DNA of 64,000 bases from an uncultured Flavobacterium sp. (GTDB taxonomy: Bacteria > Bacteroidota > Bacteroidia > Flavobacteriales > Flavobacteriaceae), in assembly GCA_964420215.1 (NCBI GenBank), contig CAYQSQ010000007.1, positions 40,892 to 104,891 on the forward strand, given 5' to 3'. The notes under the pieces are model-generated. The model was not told the DNA's origin. It saw only the letters and a program-made list of their open reading frames with translations, and did not search any database. Made by a program: the position numbers and the translations under genes. Position 1 is the stretch's first letter. Every line of letters starts with the position of its first letter. Shown one piece after another: positions 18,320 to 28,682 of this stretch.

Positions 18320-19543
18320 ATGAATAGAAGAGTAGTAATTACAGGTATGGGAATTTATTCTTGTTTGGGATTATCCCTTGAGGAAGTTACAGAATCGTTA
18401 TATCAAGGAAAGTCGGGTATTGTAAAAGACGAAAACAGAAAAGAGTTCGGTTTTCAATCTACCTTAACAGGTATGGTACCTCGCCCTGATTTAAAAAAAG
18501 AGTTAACCCGAAGACAACGAATTAGCATTGGAGAAGAAACAGAATACGCTTATGTAGCCACTGTTGAAGCGTTAAAAAATGCAAAAATAGATCAAGATTT
18601 TTTAGACACTAACGAGGTTGGTATTTTGTATGGTAACGACAGTGTTTCGGGATCTATTATTGAAGCGGTAGATATTATTAGAGATAAAAAAGATACCTCT
18701 TTAATTGGTTCGGGAGCAATTTTTAAGTCGATGAACTCGACAATAAATATGAATTTATCTACTATTTTTAAATTAAGAGGAATAAATCTAACCATCAGCG
18801 CTGCTTGTGCAAGTGGTTCACACTCGATAGGATTAGGTTATTTTTTAATTAAAAATGGGTTGCAAGATATCGTTATTTGTGGCGGAGCGCAAGAAATTAA
18901 CAAATACGCCATGAGTACCTTTGATGGTTTGGGAGTATTTGCTTCAGATGATGTTGATCCAGCAACCGCCTCAAAGCCCTTTGATGCGTCACGCAACGGA
19001 TTAGTACCTAGTGGTGGAGGAGCAACGTTAATTTTAGAAAGTTATGAATCAGCTATAAAACGTGGAGCTCCAATCATAGCAGAAGTAGTAGGGTATGGTT
19101 TTTCATCAAACGGAGGACATATCTCAACCCCTAATGTCGACGGACCATCTATAGCTATGAAACGAGCCTTGTCAGATTCAGGTTTAGAACCGAGTCAAAT
19201 AGATTACATTAACGCGCACGCAACTTCAACACCAGTAGGAGATGCAAATGAGGCAAAAGCCATTTATGAAATATTTGGAGACCATATGCCACTGGTAAGT
19301 TCAACCAAGTCAATGACAGGTCACGAGTGTTGGATGGCAGGTGCAAGTGAGGTTATTTATTCGATATTGATGATGCAAAATTCTTTTGTAGCCCCAAACA
19401 TAAATTTTGAAAAACCAGATGAAGATTCTGCAAAATTAAATTTAGCGACAACTACTGTAAATAAAAAAATTGATATATTTTTGTCAAACTCATTTGGGTT
19501 TGGTGGTACCAACTCAGCCCTAGTAATAAAAAAAATAAACTAA
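18320..19543 (+). CDS. Beta-ketoacyl-ACP synthase (FabF-like KS)
   Basis: ISAACASG (Cys), YINAHATST, TGHECW, SNSFGFGG. Confidence 0.93.
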   Translation: MNRRVVITGMGIYSCLGLSLEEVTESLYQGKSGIVKDENRKEFGFQSTLTGMVPRPDLKKELTRRQRISIGEETEYAYVATVEALKNAKIDQDFLDTNEVGILYGNDSVSGSIIEAVDIIRDKKDTSLIGSGAIFKSMNSTINMNLSTIFKLRGINLTISAACASGSHSIGLGYFLIKNGLQDIVICGGAQEINKYAMSTFDGLGVFASDDVDPATASKPFDASRNGLVPSGGGATLILESYESAIKRGAPIIAEVVGYGFSSNGGHISTPNVDGPSIAMKRALSDSGLEPSQIDYINAHATSTPVGDANEAKAIYEIFGDHMPLVSSTKSMTGHECWMAGASEVIYSILMMQNSFVAPNINFEKPDEDSAKLNLATTTVNKKIDIFLSNSFGFGGTNSALVIKKIN

Positions 19544-19548
19544 TAAAG

Positions 19549-19803
19549 ATGGAAAAAGCTAAAATAATAGAAATAGTTAACGGTTTTTTAGTAGATGAAT
19601 TTGAAGTTGATGGAGATTTAATCTCCCCAGAAGCAAATTTAAAAGATACTTTGGGATTGGATAGCTTGGACTATGTAGATTTAGTGGTAACTATCGAGTC
19701 TAATTTAGGGGTTAAATTAGGAGAAGCTGATTTTACAGGGATAGTTACGTTTCAAAATTTTTATGATTTGTTAGAAAATAAAATCAAACAACTCAAGGGA
19801 TAA
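19549..19803 (+). CDS. Acyl carrier protein 1
   Basis: LGLDSLD phosphopantetheine site; acidic 84 aa. Confidence 0.93.
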   Translation: MEKAKIIEIVNGFLVDEFEVDGDLISPEANLKDTLGLDSLDYVDLVVTIESNLGVKLGEADFTGIVTFQNFYDLLENKIKQLKG

Positions 19804-19806
19804 ACC

Positions 19807-20685
19807 ATGAGTAAGTGGGATGGAAAATCTAAGGGTACCTTACTAGGGTATAAAATTTTCGTTTTCTGTATCAAAAAATTAGGACTTCGCATTTCATATG
19901 GAGTTCTTTTTTTTGTGGCGTTATATTATTTCATTTTTTTAAAAGAGAGTAACCGTGCCATATTTTATTATTTCAGAAAAAGATTAGGTTATTCCTATTG
20001 GAAATCCAAGCGATTTGTATTTCAGAGTTATTTTATTTTTGGGCAAACCATTATAGATAAAACAGCCATATCATCGGGTTTAAGAAATCGATTTACATAC
20101 GAGTTTGAGGGGGTTGAAATTTTACATCGTTTATTAGCCGATAAAAAAGGAGGTGTTTTAATAAGTGCACACATAGGTAATTTTGAAATTGCCGAATATT
20201 TTTTTAGTGAAATTGACTTGGATTGCCAAATAAATTTAGTCACAACCGATAGAGAGCGTTCCGTTATCAAAGAATATTTAGAAAGCATTTCAAAAAAATC
20301 AACTATTAAATTTATTATAGTTAAAGAAGATGTATCACACATATATGACATCAATAGGGCATTACAACAAAATGAATTGATTTGTTTTACAGGAGATCGT
20401 TATTTTGAGGGTGTAAAATGTTTAGAAGCGTCCCTTTTAGGTAAAAAAGCGCAATTTCCCGCAGGACCATTTCTAATAGGTTCACGATTACAAGTTCCTG
20501 TCGTTTTTGTATATGTGATGAAAGAAAATAATATGCACTATCATTTATATACTCAAGAATCAAACACAAAACATCGTGATGCGACAGCATTGTTAGAAGC
20601 CTATGTAACCAGTGTAGAAGGAATGATACACAAATACCCACTTCAGTGGTTTAATTATTTTGATTTTTGGAATGATTTAAAATAA
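19807..20685 (+). CDS. LpxL/LpxP-family acyltransferase
   Basis: LISAHIGNFE, GDRYF, PLQWFNYFDFW. Confidence 0.85.
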   Translation: MSKWDGKSKGTLLGYKIFVFCIKKLGLRISYGVLFFVALYYFIFLKESNRAIFYYFRKRLGYSYWKSKRFVFQSYFIFGQTIIDKTAISSGLRNRFTYEFEGVEILHRLLADKKGGVLISAHIGNFEIAEYFFSEIDLDCQINLVTTDRERSVIKEYLESISKKSTIKFIIVKEDVSHIYDINRALQQNELICFTGDRYFEGVKCLEASLLGKKAQFPAGPFLIGSRLQVPVVFVYVMKENNMHYHLYTQESNTKHRDATALLEAYVTSVEGMIHKYPLQWFNYFDFWNDLK

Positions 20686-20695
20686 AGCTAATTAA

Positions 20696-21598
20696 ATGAA
20701 AAAAGTTCTAGTAGTATATTATTCCCAATCAGGTCAATTAAAAGATATTCTTACCAACATCACGCAACCGTTAGAGCAAGATGCCGGGATATCTGTTACG
20801 TACTATAATATACAAATGAAAAAATCATTTCCATTTCCTTGGGATGAAACGTCATTTTTTGATGCTTTTCCCGAATCACGGTTGCAAATTCCTTCTGAAA
20901 TAATAGCACCACCCGAAGCTGTTTTATCTCAAAAATACGATTTGGTAATTTTAGGATATCAAGTTTGGTATTTATCACCTTCGATACCATTTAATTCATT
21001 TTTAAAAAGTGAGTATGCTAAACAATTACTAAATAATACACCAGTTATAACCGTTATTGGGTGCCGTAATATGTGGGCAATGGCTCAAGAAAAAGTAAAA
21101 GCCTTATTAAATGATTTAGATTGTAAATTAGTAGGCAATATTGTGTTGGTAGATAAAAACCCCAATCATATTAGCGTCATTACAATTGTAGAGTGGATGT
21201 TTTCTGGAGAAAAGAAAAAATATTTGGGGATTTTCCCTAAGCCGGGTGTTTCAGATGAAGATATAGTAGATTCTGTAAAATTTGGAAAAGTAATACTACA
21301 ACATCTTCATCAATCTAGTTTTTCGGAATTACAATCACAATTGGTAACAATAGGAGCGGTAGTTATCCATTGGTTTCATATAAAAATGGAACAAACAGGA
21401 AATAAAACATTTGTAATATGGGCAAATGTTATACAAAAGAAAACAAAATCAAGAAAAATTTGGCTCAAAGCTTTTAAGAAATATTTATTGTTTGCTATTT
21501 GGGTAGTTTCCCCAATTGTATATATCTTGCAACTTTTGTTGTATCCCATAAATTATAATAAAATCAAGAAAGAAGCGCAGTATTTTAAAGGAGTGTAA
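20696..21598 (+). CDS. darA: Dialkylresorcinol condensing enzyme
   Basis: YYSQSGQL, YQVWYLSPSIP, GCRNMW; directly upstream of a FabH-like gene. Confidence 0.9.
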   Translation: MKKVLVVYYSQSGQLKDILTNITQPLEQDAGISVTYYNIQMKKSFPFPWDETSFFDAFPESRLQIPSEIIAPPEAVLSQKYDLVILGYQVWYLSPSIPFNSFLKSEYAKQLLNNTPVITVIGCRNMWAMAQEKVKALLNDLDCKLVGNIVLVDKNPNHISVITIVEWMFSGEKKKYLGIFPKPGVSDEDIVDSVKFGKVILQHLHQSSFSELQSQLVTIGAVVIHWFHIKMEQTGNKTFVIWANVIQKKTKSRKIWLKAFKKYLLFAIWVVSPIVYILQLLLYPINYNKIKKEAQYFKGV

Positions 21599-21615
21599 CT
21601 GTTTTTAGGAGAAAT

Positions 21616-22749
21616 ATGTTTGAAGTTTACATTACAAAAACGTCTAAGTATCTTCCGAATGAAGCTATTTCAAATGACGAAATGGAATCGTATTTGGGAA
21701 TGATAAATAATACGGCATCAAAAGCACGAAGAATTATTTTACGAAATAACGGTATTATTTCACGGTACTATGCCTTGGATAAAAACGGAAATCCAACCCA
21801 TAATAATGCGGAGTTAACGGTTAAAGCAATTCAAGGTTTATACGATGGAAATTTTTCATCTCAAGATGTTGAATTGCTTTCTTGCGGCACATCAACACCT
21901 GATAATATATTACCATCTCATGCCGCAATGGTACATGGATTAATGAAAAACCATGCTTTTGAGATAAACTCCTCATCTGGAGTATGCTGTTCAGGGATGA
22001 GTGCGCTTAAATACGGCTATATGTCTGTGAAAACAGGTAATACCCAAAACGCAATATGTACGGGGTCAGAACGTGTATCGTCATTGTTGGTGGCTGAAAA
22101 ATATGAAAATGAGATTATAAATCTTAAAGAATTAAAAGAACAACCAATATTAGCCTTTAAAAAAGATTTTTTACGTTGGATGTTATCCGATGGAGCTGGA
22201 GCATTTTTATTACAAAATAAACCGATTGGTAAAAAATCTTTGCGTATTGAATGGATTAAAGGTTTCTCTTACGCACACGAAATTGAAGCTTGTATGTATT
22301 CGGGAGGTGATAAATTAGATGACGGTTCGATAAAACCGTGGTCTAACTATGCCTCTAACGAATGGTTAGAAAAATCTATATTTTCAATCAAACAAGATGT
22401 AAAAATTTTAGACGAATATATCCTTGAAAAAGGAGCTGACAGTATGAAATCCGTTATGGACACACATAAAATTAAAGCAGATGATATAACCTATTTTTTA
22501 CCCCATGTTTCATCGCATTATTTTGTAAAAGGATTATCTGATGCACTAAATAAAAGAGGTATTAATTTACCATCCGACAAATGGTTTATGAATTTAAAAA
22601 ATGTAGGAAATGTAGGTTCAGCTTCGATATATTTGATGTTAGAAGAGCTAATGAATTCAGAAAAATTACAAAAAGGAGACACCATATTGTTATCAGTACC
22701 CGAAAGTGGTCGATTCTCTTATGCGTACGCCTATTTAACCGTTTGTTAG
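21616..22749 (+). CDS. darB: Beta-ketoacyl-ACP synthase III-like (DarB)
   Basis: SGVCCSG (Cys), FLPHVSS (His), VGNVGSAS (Asn), SDGAGA. Confidence 0.9.
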   Translation: MFEVYITKTSKYLPNEAISNDEMESYLGMINNTASKARRIILRNNGIISRYYALDKNGNPTHNNAELTVKAIQGLYDGNFSSQDVELLSCGTSTPDNILPSHAAMVHGLMKNHAFEINSSSGVCCSGMSALKYGYMSVKTGNTQNAICTGSERVSSLLVAEKYENEIINLKELKEQPILAFKKDFLRWMLSDGAGAFLLQNKPIGKKSLRIEWIKGFSYAHEIEACMYSGGDKLDDGSIKPWSNYASNEWLEKSIFSIKQDVKILDEYILEKGADSMKSVMDTHKIKADDITYFLPHVSSHYFVKGLSDALNKRGINLPSDKWFMNLKNVGNVGSASIYLMLEELMNSEKLQKGDTILLSVPESGRFSYAYAYLTVC

Positions 22750-22752
22750 CGT

Positions 22753-23190
22753 ATGAAAATTACATTACCCCTGTATGATAAAGAGCTTGTAACAGGCTTA
22801 ATTCCTCAAAGAAAACCTTTTGTAATGGTTGATGCTTTGATTGCTTTTACCGACACATATTTAAAATCAGGAATTAAAGTAAACGAGGGTAATATTTTTA
22901 CAAAAAACACTATTTTTCAGGAAGCAGGCTTGATTGAACACATGGCACAATCCGTAGCTTTACATACAGGATACCAATATTACCTAAAGCAGCAACCAGC
23001 ACCAGTAGGATATATAGGATCAATAAAAAAAATAGAAATATTCGAATTACCTCAATTAGGAGATACAATAGAAACAGAAGTTTCCGTTTTACAAGAGTTT
23101 ATGGGAGTAACTTTAGTTCGGATACAATCCAAAATCAATACAAAAGTAATAGCCACAGGCGAAATGAAAACCGTAATAGCCAATTTATAG
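22753..23190 (+). CDS. Hotdog-fold dehydratase-like protein
   Basis: LIPQRKPFVMVD, GLIEHMAQS. Confidence 0.8.
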   Translation: MKITLPLYDKELVTGLIPQRKPFVMVDALIAFTDTYLKSGIKVNEGNIFTKNTIFQEAGLIEHMAQSVALHTGYQYYLKQQPAPVGYIGSIKKIEIFELPQLGDTIETEVSVLQEFMGVTLVRIQSKINTKVIATGEMKTVIANL

Positions 23191-23193
23191 CCC

Positions 23194-23655
23194 ATGTATC
23201 CTAAAAATCAACTGATAGACATACATCGATTTTTGCCTCATCGTGCACCCATGTTAATGGTTGATTATATTTCAGAAGAAAATGATGAAGATGTAAAAAC
23301 AGTTTTTACCATCAAGGAAGATAATATTTTCATACAAGAAAACCTTTTAATTGAGTCAGGATTGGTTGAAAATGCAGCACAGTCCTGCTCGGCAATTGTT
23401 GCTAAATCATATTTTTTAGACGAAAATAATGAGGAAATAAAGGGGGTTAAAATTATAGGTTTTATAAGTGGTATCAAAAAATTAAAAATAAATAAGCTAC
23501 CTAAAGTAGGTGATACGATAGAAATGAATGGCATATTAGGTTCCCGATACGATGCTGAAGGATATAGCTTGTGTACGATCTCTTGTAAAACGTATTTAAA
23601 ACAAGAATTACTATTAGAAGCCGAAATAAATATGTTTATCCGACAAGAAAATTAA
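23194..23655 (+). CDS. Hotdog-fold dehydratase-like protein
   Basis: FLPHRAPMLMVD, GLVENAAQS. Confidence 0.8.
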   Translation: MYPKNQLIDIHRFLPHRAPMLMVDYISEENDEDVKTVFTIKEDNIFIQENLLIESGLVENAAQSCSAIVAKSYFLDENNEEIKGVKIIGFISGIKKLKINKLPKVGDTIEMNGILGSRYDAEGYSLCTISCKTYLKQELLLEAEINMFIRQEN

Positions 23656-23656
23656 A

Positions 23657-24061
23657 ATGAAAAAAACGGAAGTCCCACAGGATGCAAGTAATCTTTCAAA
23701 AACCAACATGAAAGAATTATGTTACGCAACCGACGAAAACGGAAATTACACAACAGCCTTAAGTTCTGGTTGGGAGCCCAAGACCATAGCCTTAACCAAT
23801 TCTATTAAAGATATTGAAGAACGCGTAGCACAAGCCAAACAAGATGTTTTATCAGGCACTGTTAGTCCGATTGTTTATTATATGGAATTACATAAAATGG
23901 ACTGGACAACATTAGCAGATTACGTAGGTATGTGGCAGTGGCGTGTTAAAAGACATACAAAACCCAACGTGTTTAAAAAACTAAGCGATGCCACATTGAC
24001 CAAATACGCGGAAGCTTTTGAAGTATCAATAGACGCGTTAAAAAATTTTAAAACCCAATAA
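23657..24061 (+). CDS. Conserved hypothetical protein with possible C-terminal HTH
   Basis: Translationally coupled ORF; C-terminus (LADYVGMWQWRVKRH...YAEAFEVS) resembles an XRE-like helical bundle. Confidence 0.65.
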   Translation: MKKTEVPQDASNLSKTNMKELCYATDENGNYTTALSSGWEPKTIALTNSIKDIEERVAQAKQDVLSGTVSPIVYYMELHKMDWTTLADYVGMWQWRVKRHTKPNVFKKLSDATLTKYAEAFEVSIDALKNFKTQ

Positions 24062-25056
24062 TGAAAACAGATTTTACCCACCATCAATCCGCACATTGTG
24101 AAAACGGAGTAGCCTCCAATTTACTTAAAAATAAAGGTATAGAAATTAGCGAACCTATGGTTTTTGGTATTGGGTCTGGTTTGTTTTTTGTATATATCCC
24201 ATTTTTACAAGTTAATCACGCACCAGCGATCAGTTATCGCCCAATGCCGGGTGTTATTTTTAATCGAGCAGCGAAACGATTAGGAATAACCGTAAAAAGA
24301 ACCAAATTTTCGAGTACCAACTCGGCGCAAAAAGCGTTAGAAGAAAATTTAAAAAATAATATCCCAACAGGATTACAGGTAGGGGTATATAATCTTACAT
24401 ATTTCCCGGATGAATACCGTTTCCATTTTAATGCACACAATTTAGTGGTGTATGGCAAACAGGACGATACGTTTTTGATTAGCGATCCCGTAATGGAAAA
24501 TGTTACCACTTTAACTGAAAAAGAATTAGAAAAAGTGCGATTTGCCAAAGGCGCTTTTGCTCCTAAAGGACAAATGTATTACCCAACATATATACCCGAA
24601 AATTTAAATTGGGAATACGCCATCAAAAAAGGTATTAAAAACACTTGTCGCGATATGTTGGCACCCATGCCTGTTATTGGAGTTAGAGGCATACGTATGG
24701 TCGCTAAAATGATTCGGAAATGGCCGCAGAAAAAAGGTGTTAAGGTTGCTAATCATTATTTGGCTCAAATTGTTCGTATGCAAGAAGAAATCGGAACAGG
24801 CGGTGGCGGATTTCGTTTTATATACGCCGCATTTTTGCAAGAAGCAGCGGGTGTTTTAAAAAACGAAAAACTACGTGAATTATCTACCGAATTGACTTCG
24901 ATAGGTGATCAATGGCGTGATTTTGCAATTAACGCTTCACGCGTGTACAAAAACAGAAGTAATCAAACAGATGTTTACAACGCTTTGGCTGACCAGATGA
25001 CTCATTTAGCCGATTTAGAAGAGGTATTTTTTAAAAAATTACAAAAAGCAATTTAA
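24061..25056 (+). CDS. BtrH-like/peptidase C39-like protein
   Basis: HQSAHCENG (Cys), FNAHNLVVYG (His), ISDP (Asp); GTGGGGFRFIYAAFL. Confidence 0.82.
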   Translation: MKTDFTHHQSAHCENGVASNLLKNKGIEISEPMVFGIGSGLFFVYIPFLQVNHAPAISYRPMPGVIFNRAAKRLGITVKRTKFSSTNSAQKALEENLKNNIPTGLQVGVYNLTYFPDEYRFHFNAHNLVVYGKQDDTFLISDPVMENVTTLTEKELEKVRFAKGAFAPKGQMYYPTYIPENLNWEYAIKKGIKNTCRDMLAPMPVIGVRGIRMVAKMIRKWPQKKGVKVANHYLAQIVRMQEEIGTGGGGFRFIYAAFLQEAAGVLKNEKLRELSTELTSIGDQWRDFAINASRVYKNRSNQTDVYNALADQMTHLADLEEVFFKKLQKAI

Positions 25057-25061
25057 TTTCT

Positions 25062-25817
25062 TTGAAAAATCCCATTATACATATCAATAAATTAAGTAAA
25101 AAATACAAAGACTCGGATTTTTATTCTGTCGATGATTTGAGTTTAATTATTGAAAAAAATGAGATTTATGGGTTATTAGGACCAAATGGAGCGGGTAAAA
25201 CAACCTTGATTTCACTCTTGTGTGGCTTAGTTAAGCCAACTAACGGCAGTTTTACAATAAATAATTTTACGTACAGCACTAACAGTACTTACATCAAAGA
25301 AATTATAGGTGTTGTACCACAAGAATACGCGTTGTATCCTTCACTCACCGCCAAGGAAAATCTGATGTATTTTGGTAGTATGTACGGGATATCACAAAAA
25401 GAGTTAGTTGCAAAAATAGACGATGCATTAGATCGTTTGGGATTGTTAAAATTTGCAAACAAAAAAATAGAGACCTTTTCAGGAGGAATGAAAAGGCGTA
25501 TTAATCTGATTGCAGGTATATTACACGATCCGTTAGTTTTGTTTTTGGATGAACCTACAGTAGGGGTAGATGTACAATCTAAAAATGTGATTATTGATTT
25601 TTTAAAAGAATTAAACGCAAAAGGCACAACCATCATTTATACTTCCCATCATTTAACCGAAGCACAAGATTTTTGTACCAAAATAGCGATTATAGATAAA
25701 GGTAAAATATATGCTGAAGGAACCGCACAGGGACTAATTGACCAAACAGCCAATGCCCACAATTTAGAAGACGTTTTTATAGCATTAACCGGTAAAGATT
25801 TGCGAGATGTTATATAA
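25062..25817 (+). CDS. ABC transporter ATP-binding protein
   Basis: GPNGAGKTT, FSGGMKRR, LDEPT; TTG start. Confidence 0.92.
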   Translation: MKNPIIHINKLSKKYKDSDFYSVDDLSLIIEKNEIYGLLGPNGAGKTTLISLLCGLVKPTNGSFTINNFTYSTNSTYIKEIIGVVPQEYALYPSLTAKENLMYFGSMYGISQKELVAKIDDALDRLGLLKFANKKIETFSGGMKRRINLIAGILHDPLVLFLDEPTVGVDVQSKNVIIDFLKELNAKGTTIIYTSHHLTEAQDFCTKIAIIDKGKIYAEGTAQGLIDQTANAHNLEDVFIALTGKDLRDVI

Positions 25818-27102
25818 ATTATGGATGTCGATCATCAAAGAAACACTCTTGTTAAAGCGAGATTTTGGAGGTTTAGTCATTTTGTTTGTGATGCCTTTGG
25901 TTTTAATAATTACCATAACTTTAATTCAAGACAGCGCTTTTAAATCGGTTAATTCAAATAAAATTCCCATTTTATTAATTGATAATGACAAAGCAGATAT
26001 TTCAAAAACAGTTATTTCAAATTTAAATTCTAATGAAGCTTTTGAGATCGTTACTACTTTAAACGGAAAAAACATTACCGAAAAGGAAGCGCAAGATTTA
26101 GTTTTTTCAGGAACGTATCAATTGGCAATTGTTATTCCGGCACATTTAAGTCGGGATTTAGAAGCCAAAGTATCTCAGAATGTAAGTAAGATCATGCAAA
26201 ATTTTGGGGTAGGAGAAACGGAAGTAATTTCCGAAAACACACCAAAATCTACGCTGTCCGAAACCAAAGAAATCAAGTTGTTTTTTGATCCAGCAACACA
26301 AATCACATTTAAAAATGCGGTTAAAAATGCTGTGGATCAAATGATCTCTAAAATAGAAAACGAATCTATTTACTCTAGCTTTCAAAAAGAGTTAGGCGAG
26401 TCGGATGAACCTATTTTTGAGCAAAAAAGTTTTATTGTTTTTAAAGAAATAGTACCTAAAGTAAATAATGAAGATGTAAAGCCTAACTCGGTGCAACACA
26501 ACGTTCCAGCTTGGGCGTTGTTTGCAATATTCTTCATTATTGTACCACTTTCTATAAACATAGTTAAGGAAAAAAATCAAGGTACAATGACCCGATTAAT
26601 TATTAATCCAACGCCTTATTTATTGCTTTTAATAGGTAAAACAGCAACGTATTTAATCATTTGTATTGTACAGTTTTTATTAATGGTTGCCGTTGGTGTA
26701 TTCTTGTTTCCGTATTTGGGTTTGCCCGAATTAAATATGGAAGGAAAATTTACGTTAATGCTACTCGTAGCTACTTTTTCAGGATTAGCAGCCATCGGAT
26801 TAGGAATCATGTTGGGGACCATCGCCAAAACTCAAGAACAATCAGCACCATTTGGTGCAACATTAGTCGTAATTTTAGCCGCAGTTGGTGGCGTTTGGGT
26901 ACCCGTATTTGCAATGCCTAAAGTGATGCAATACGTGTCTAATATTTCCCCAATGAATTGGGGTTTAAATGCTTTTTATGATGTATTGTTGCGAAATAGC
27001 GGGCTATCAGAAATCCTATTGGAATTGAATTTTTTATTTTTGTTTTTTGTTGCAACAGTAACTATTGCGGTATTTTATGATAAGAAAAAAAGAGCAGTAT
27101 AA
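25807..27102 (+). CDS. ABC-2 type transporter permease
   Basis: One N-terminal TM, a large soluble loop, five to six C-terminal TM; ISPMNWGL. Confidence 0.88.
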   Translation: MLYKLWMSIIKETLLLKRDFGGLVILFVMPLVLIITITLIQDSAFKSVNSNKIPILLIDNDKADISKTVISNLNSNEAFEIVTTLNGKNITEKEAQDLVFSGTYQLAIVIPAHLSRDLEAKVSQNVSKIMQNFGVGETEVISENTPKSTLSETKEIKLFFDPATQITFKNAVKNAVDQMISKIENESIYSSFQKELGESDEPIFEQKSFIVFKEIVPKVNNEDVKPNSVQHNVPAWALFAIFFIIVPLSINIVKEKNQGTMTRLIINPTPYLLLLIGKTATYLIICIVQFLLMVAVGVFLFPYLGLPELNMEGKFTLMLLVATFSGLAAIGLGIMLGTIAKTQEQSAPFGATLVVILAAVGGVWVPVFAMPKVMQYVSNISPMNWGLNAFYDVLLRNSGLSEILLELNFLFLFFVATVTIAVFYDKKKRAV

Positions 27103-27526
27103 AGTCGCCGATCATTTAACGGTATCTAAAGAATTTAGAGTTCGATTTAGCGAAACCGATCCTTTAGGAATAGTATGGCACGGCAATTATATTATCTATT
27201 TTGAAGATGGGAGAGAGGCATTTGGGCGCAAACACGGTATATCGTATTTAGATGTTCACGCTCAAGGTTACACCACTCCGATAGTAAAGTCGCAATGCGA
27301 ACACAAATTATCGTTGCGATATGGTGATGTAGCTCGGATCGAAGCTACTATTGTAGACACACCTGCCGCAAAAATAATTTTTAGATTTAAAATATTTGAT
27401 GCCAACGGAGAGGTAGCTTGTACAGGAGAAACCACACAAGTTTTTGTAGATAAAAATGGAGATTTGTCACTGAATTGTCCTCCGTTTTATGAAGAATGGA
27501 AAAGAAAAGTAGGATTAATAAAATAA
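27077..27526 (+). CDS. Acyl-CoA/ACP thioesterase
   Basis: RVRFSETDPLGIVWHGNY; ATG at 27077. Confidence 0.88.
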   Translation: MIRKKEQYKVADHLTVSKEFRVRFSETDPLGIVWHGNYIIYFEDGREAFGRKHGISYLDVHAQGYTTPIVKSQCEHKLSLRYGDVARIEATIVDTPAAKIIFRFKIFDANGEVACTGETTQVFVDKNGDLSLNCPPFYEEWKRKVGLIK

Positions 27527-28671
27527 TGGAAAATAAAAAAGTCTTTGTTGCAGATTACAATTGTGTCACGCCTTTAGGGTTTGATATAACAACAACGATG
27601 GAAGCTTTAGAAATAAACAAATCCGGTATTCAATGTTATAAAAACGAAGCCACTCAATCTGATTTTTATCTCGCTAAAATAGACGATACAACGATTGATC
27701 TCGAATTTGATAAAATAACCACACGAACTGATTTTTCTAAATTAGAAAAATTGTTCATTTTGGCATTAAAACCGTTGGTTGATAACCATAAAGTAACACC
27801 TAAAACAGGTTTGCTGTTATCTACAACCAAAGGAAATATTGAGCAGTTAGCAATACCCAAAAATCCAATATCAAGGGCATTATTATCTAATTTATCCCGT
27901 AAAATAGCCGATTATTTCGGTTTTTTGACCGAACCAATCGTTGTTTCAAACGCTTGTGTATCAGGATTATTAGCGATTTCTGTCGCAAAAAGAATGTTAC
28001 AAACAGAAATGTACGATGATTTTTATATCGTTGCAGGAGATATCGTTTCGGATTTTGTGTTATCAGGTTTCAATTCTTTTCAGGCGTTAAGTGATGAGCC
28101 TTGCCGCCCTTATGACGAAGCCCGAAAAGGTGTAACCTTAGGTGAGTCTGCCGCTGCTGCCTATATTTCTACACAAATTAATTCGAATGCTAAAAGTAAC
28201 ATTGCCGTAATCGGTGATGGTGCCATAAACGATGCCAATCACATTTCGGGACCTTCTCGAACAGGTGAAGGGTTATATCAAAGTATCGAAAGTGCTTTTA
28301 AAGAAGCAGGGATTTCTAAACAAAAACTAAATTATATTTCTGCTCACGGTACTGCGACAGCTTACAACGACGAGATGGAGTCTATCGCATTTAGTCGATC
28401 AGCGATTAACAAGGTACCGTTAAACAGTTTAAAAGGGTATTTTGGGCATACGCTGGGCGCTTCGGGTTTGTTAGAAGCTATTATAGCTATCGAATGCGCT
28501 AAAAGAAATATCTTATTGGCTTCAAAAGGATATAAAAATAAAGGCGTTTCAAAAGATATTCAAGTAATTACTAAAAATAAAAACCAACCCATTCACTATT
28601 TTTTAAAAACAGCATCAGGTTTTGGCGGCTGTAATACCGCTGTGTTGTTTGAAAAAATAACCACCAACTAA
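27526..28671 (+). CDS. Beta-ketoacyl synthase
   Basis: SNACVSG, YISAHGTAT, FGHTLGA, SGFGG; ATG overlaps the upstream TAA. Confidence 0.9.
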   Translation: MENKKVFVADYNCVTPLGFDITTTMEALEINKSGIQCYKNEATQSDFYLAKIDDTTIDLEFDKITTRTDFSKLEKLFILALKPLVDNHKVTPKTGLLLSTTKGNIEQLAIPKNPISRALLSNLSRKIADYFGFLTEPIVVSNACVSGLLAISVAKRMLQTEMYDDFYIVAGDIVSDFVLSGFNSFQALSDEPCRPYDEARKGVTLGESAAAAYISTQINSNAKSNIAVIGDGAINDANHISGPSRTGEGLYQSIESAFKEAGISKQKLNYISAHGTATAYNDEMESIAFSRSAINKVPLNSLKGYFGHTLGASGLLEAIIAIECAKRNILLASKGYKNKGVSKDIQVITKNKNQPIHYFLKTASGFGGCNTAVLFEKITTN

Positions 28672-28682
28672 CCTAAAAACCA

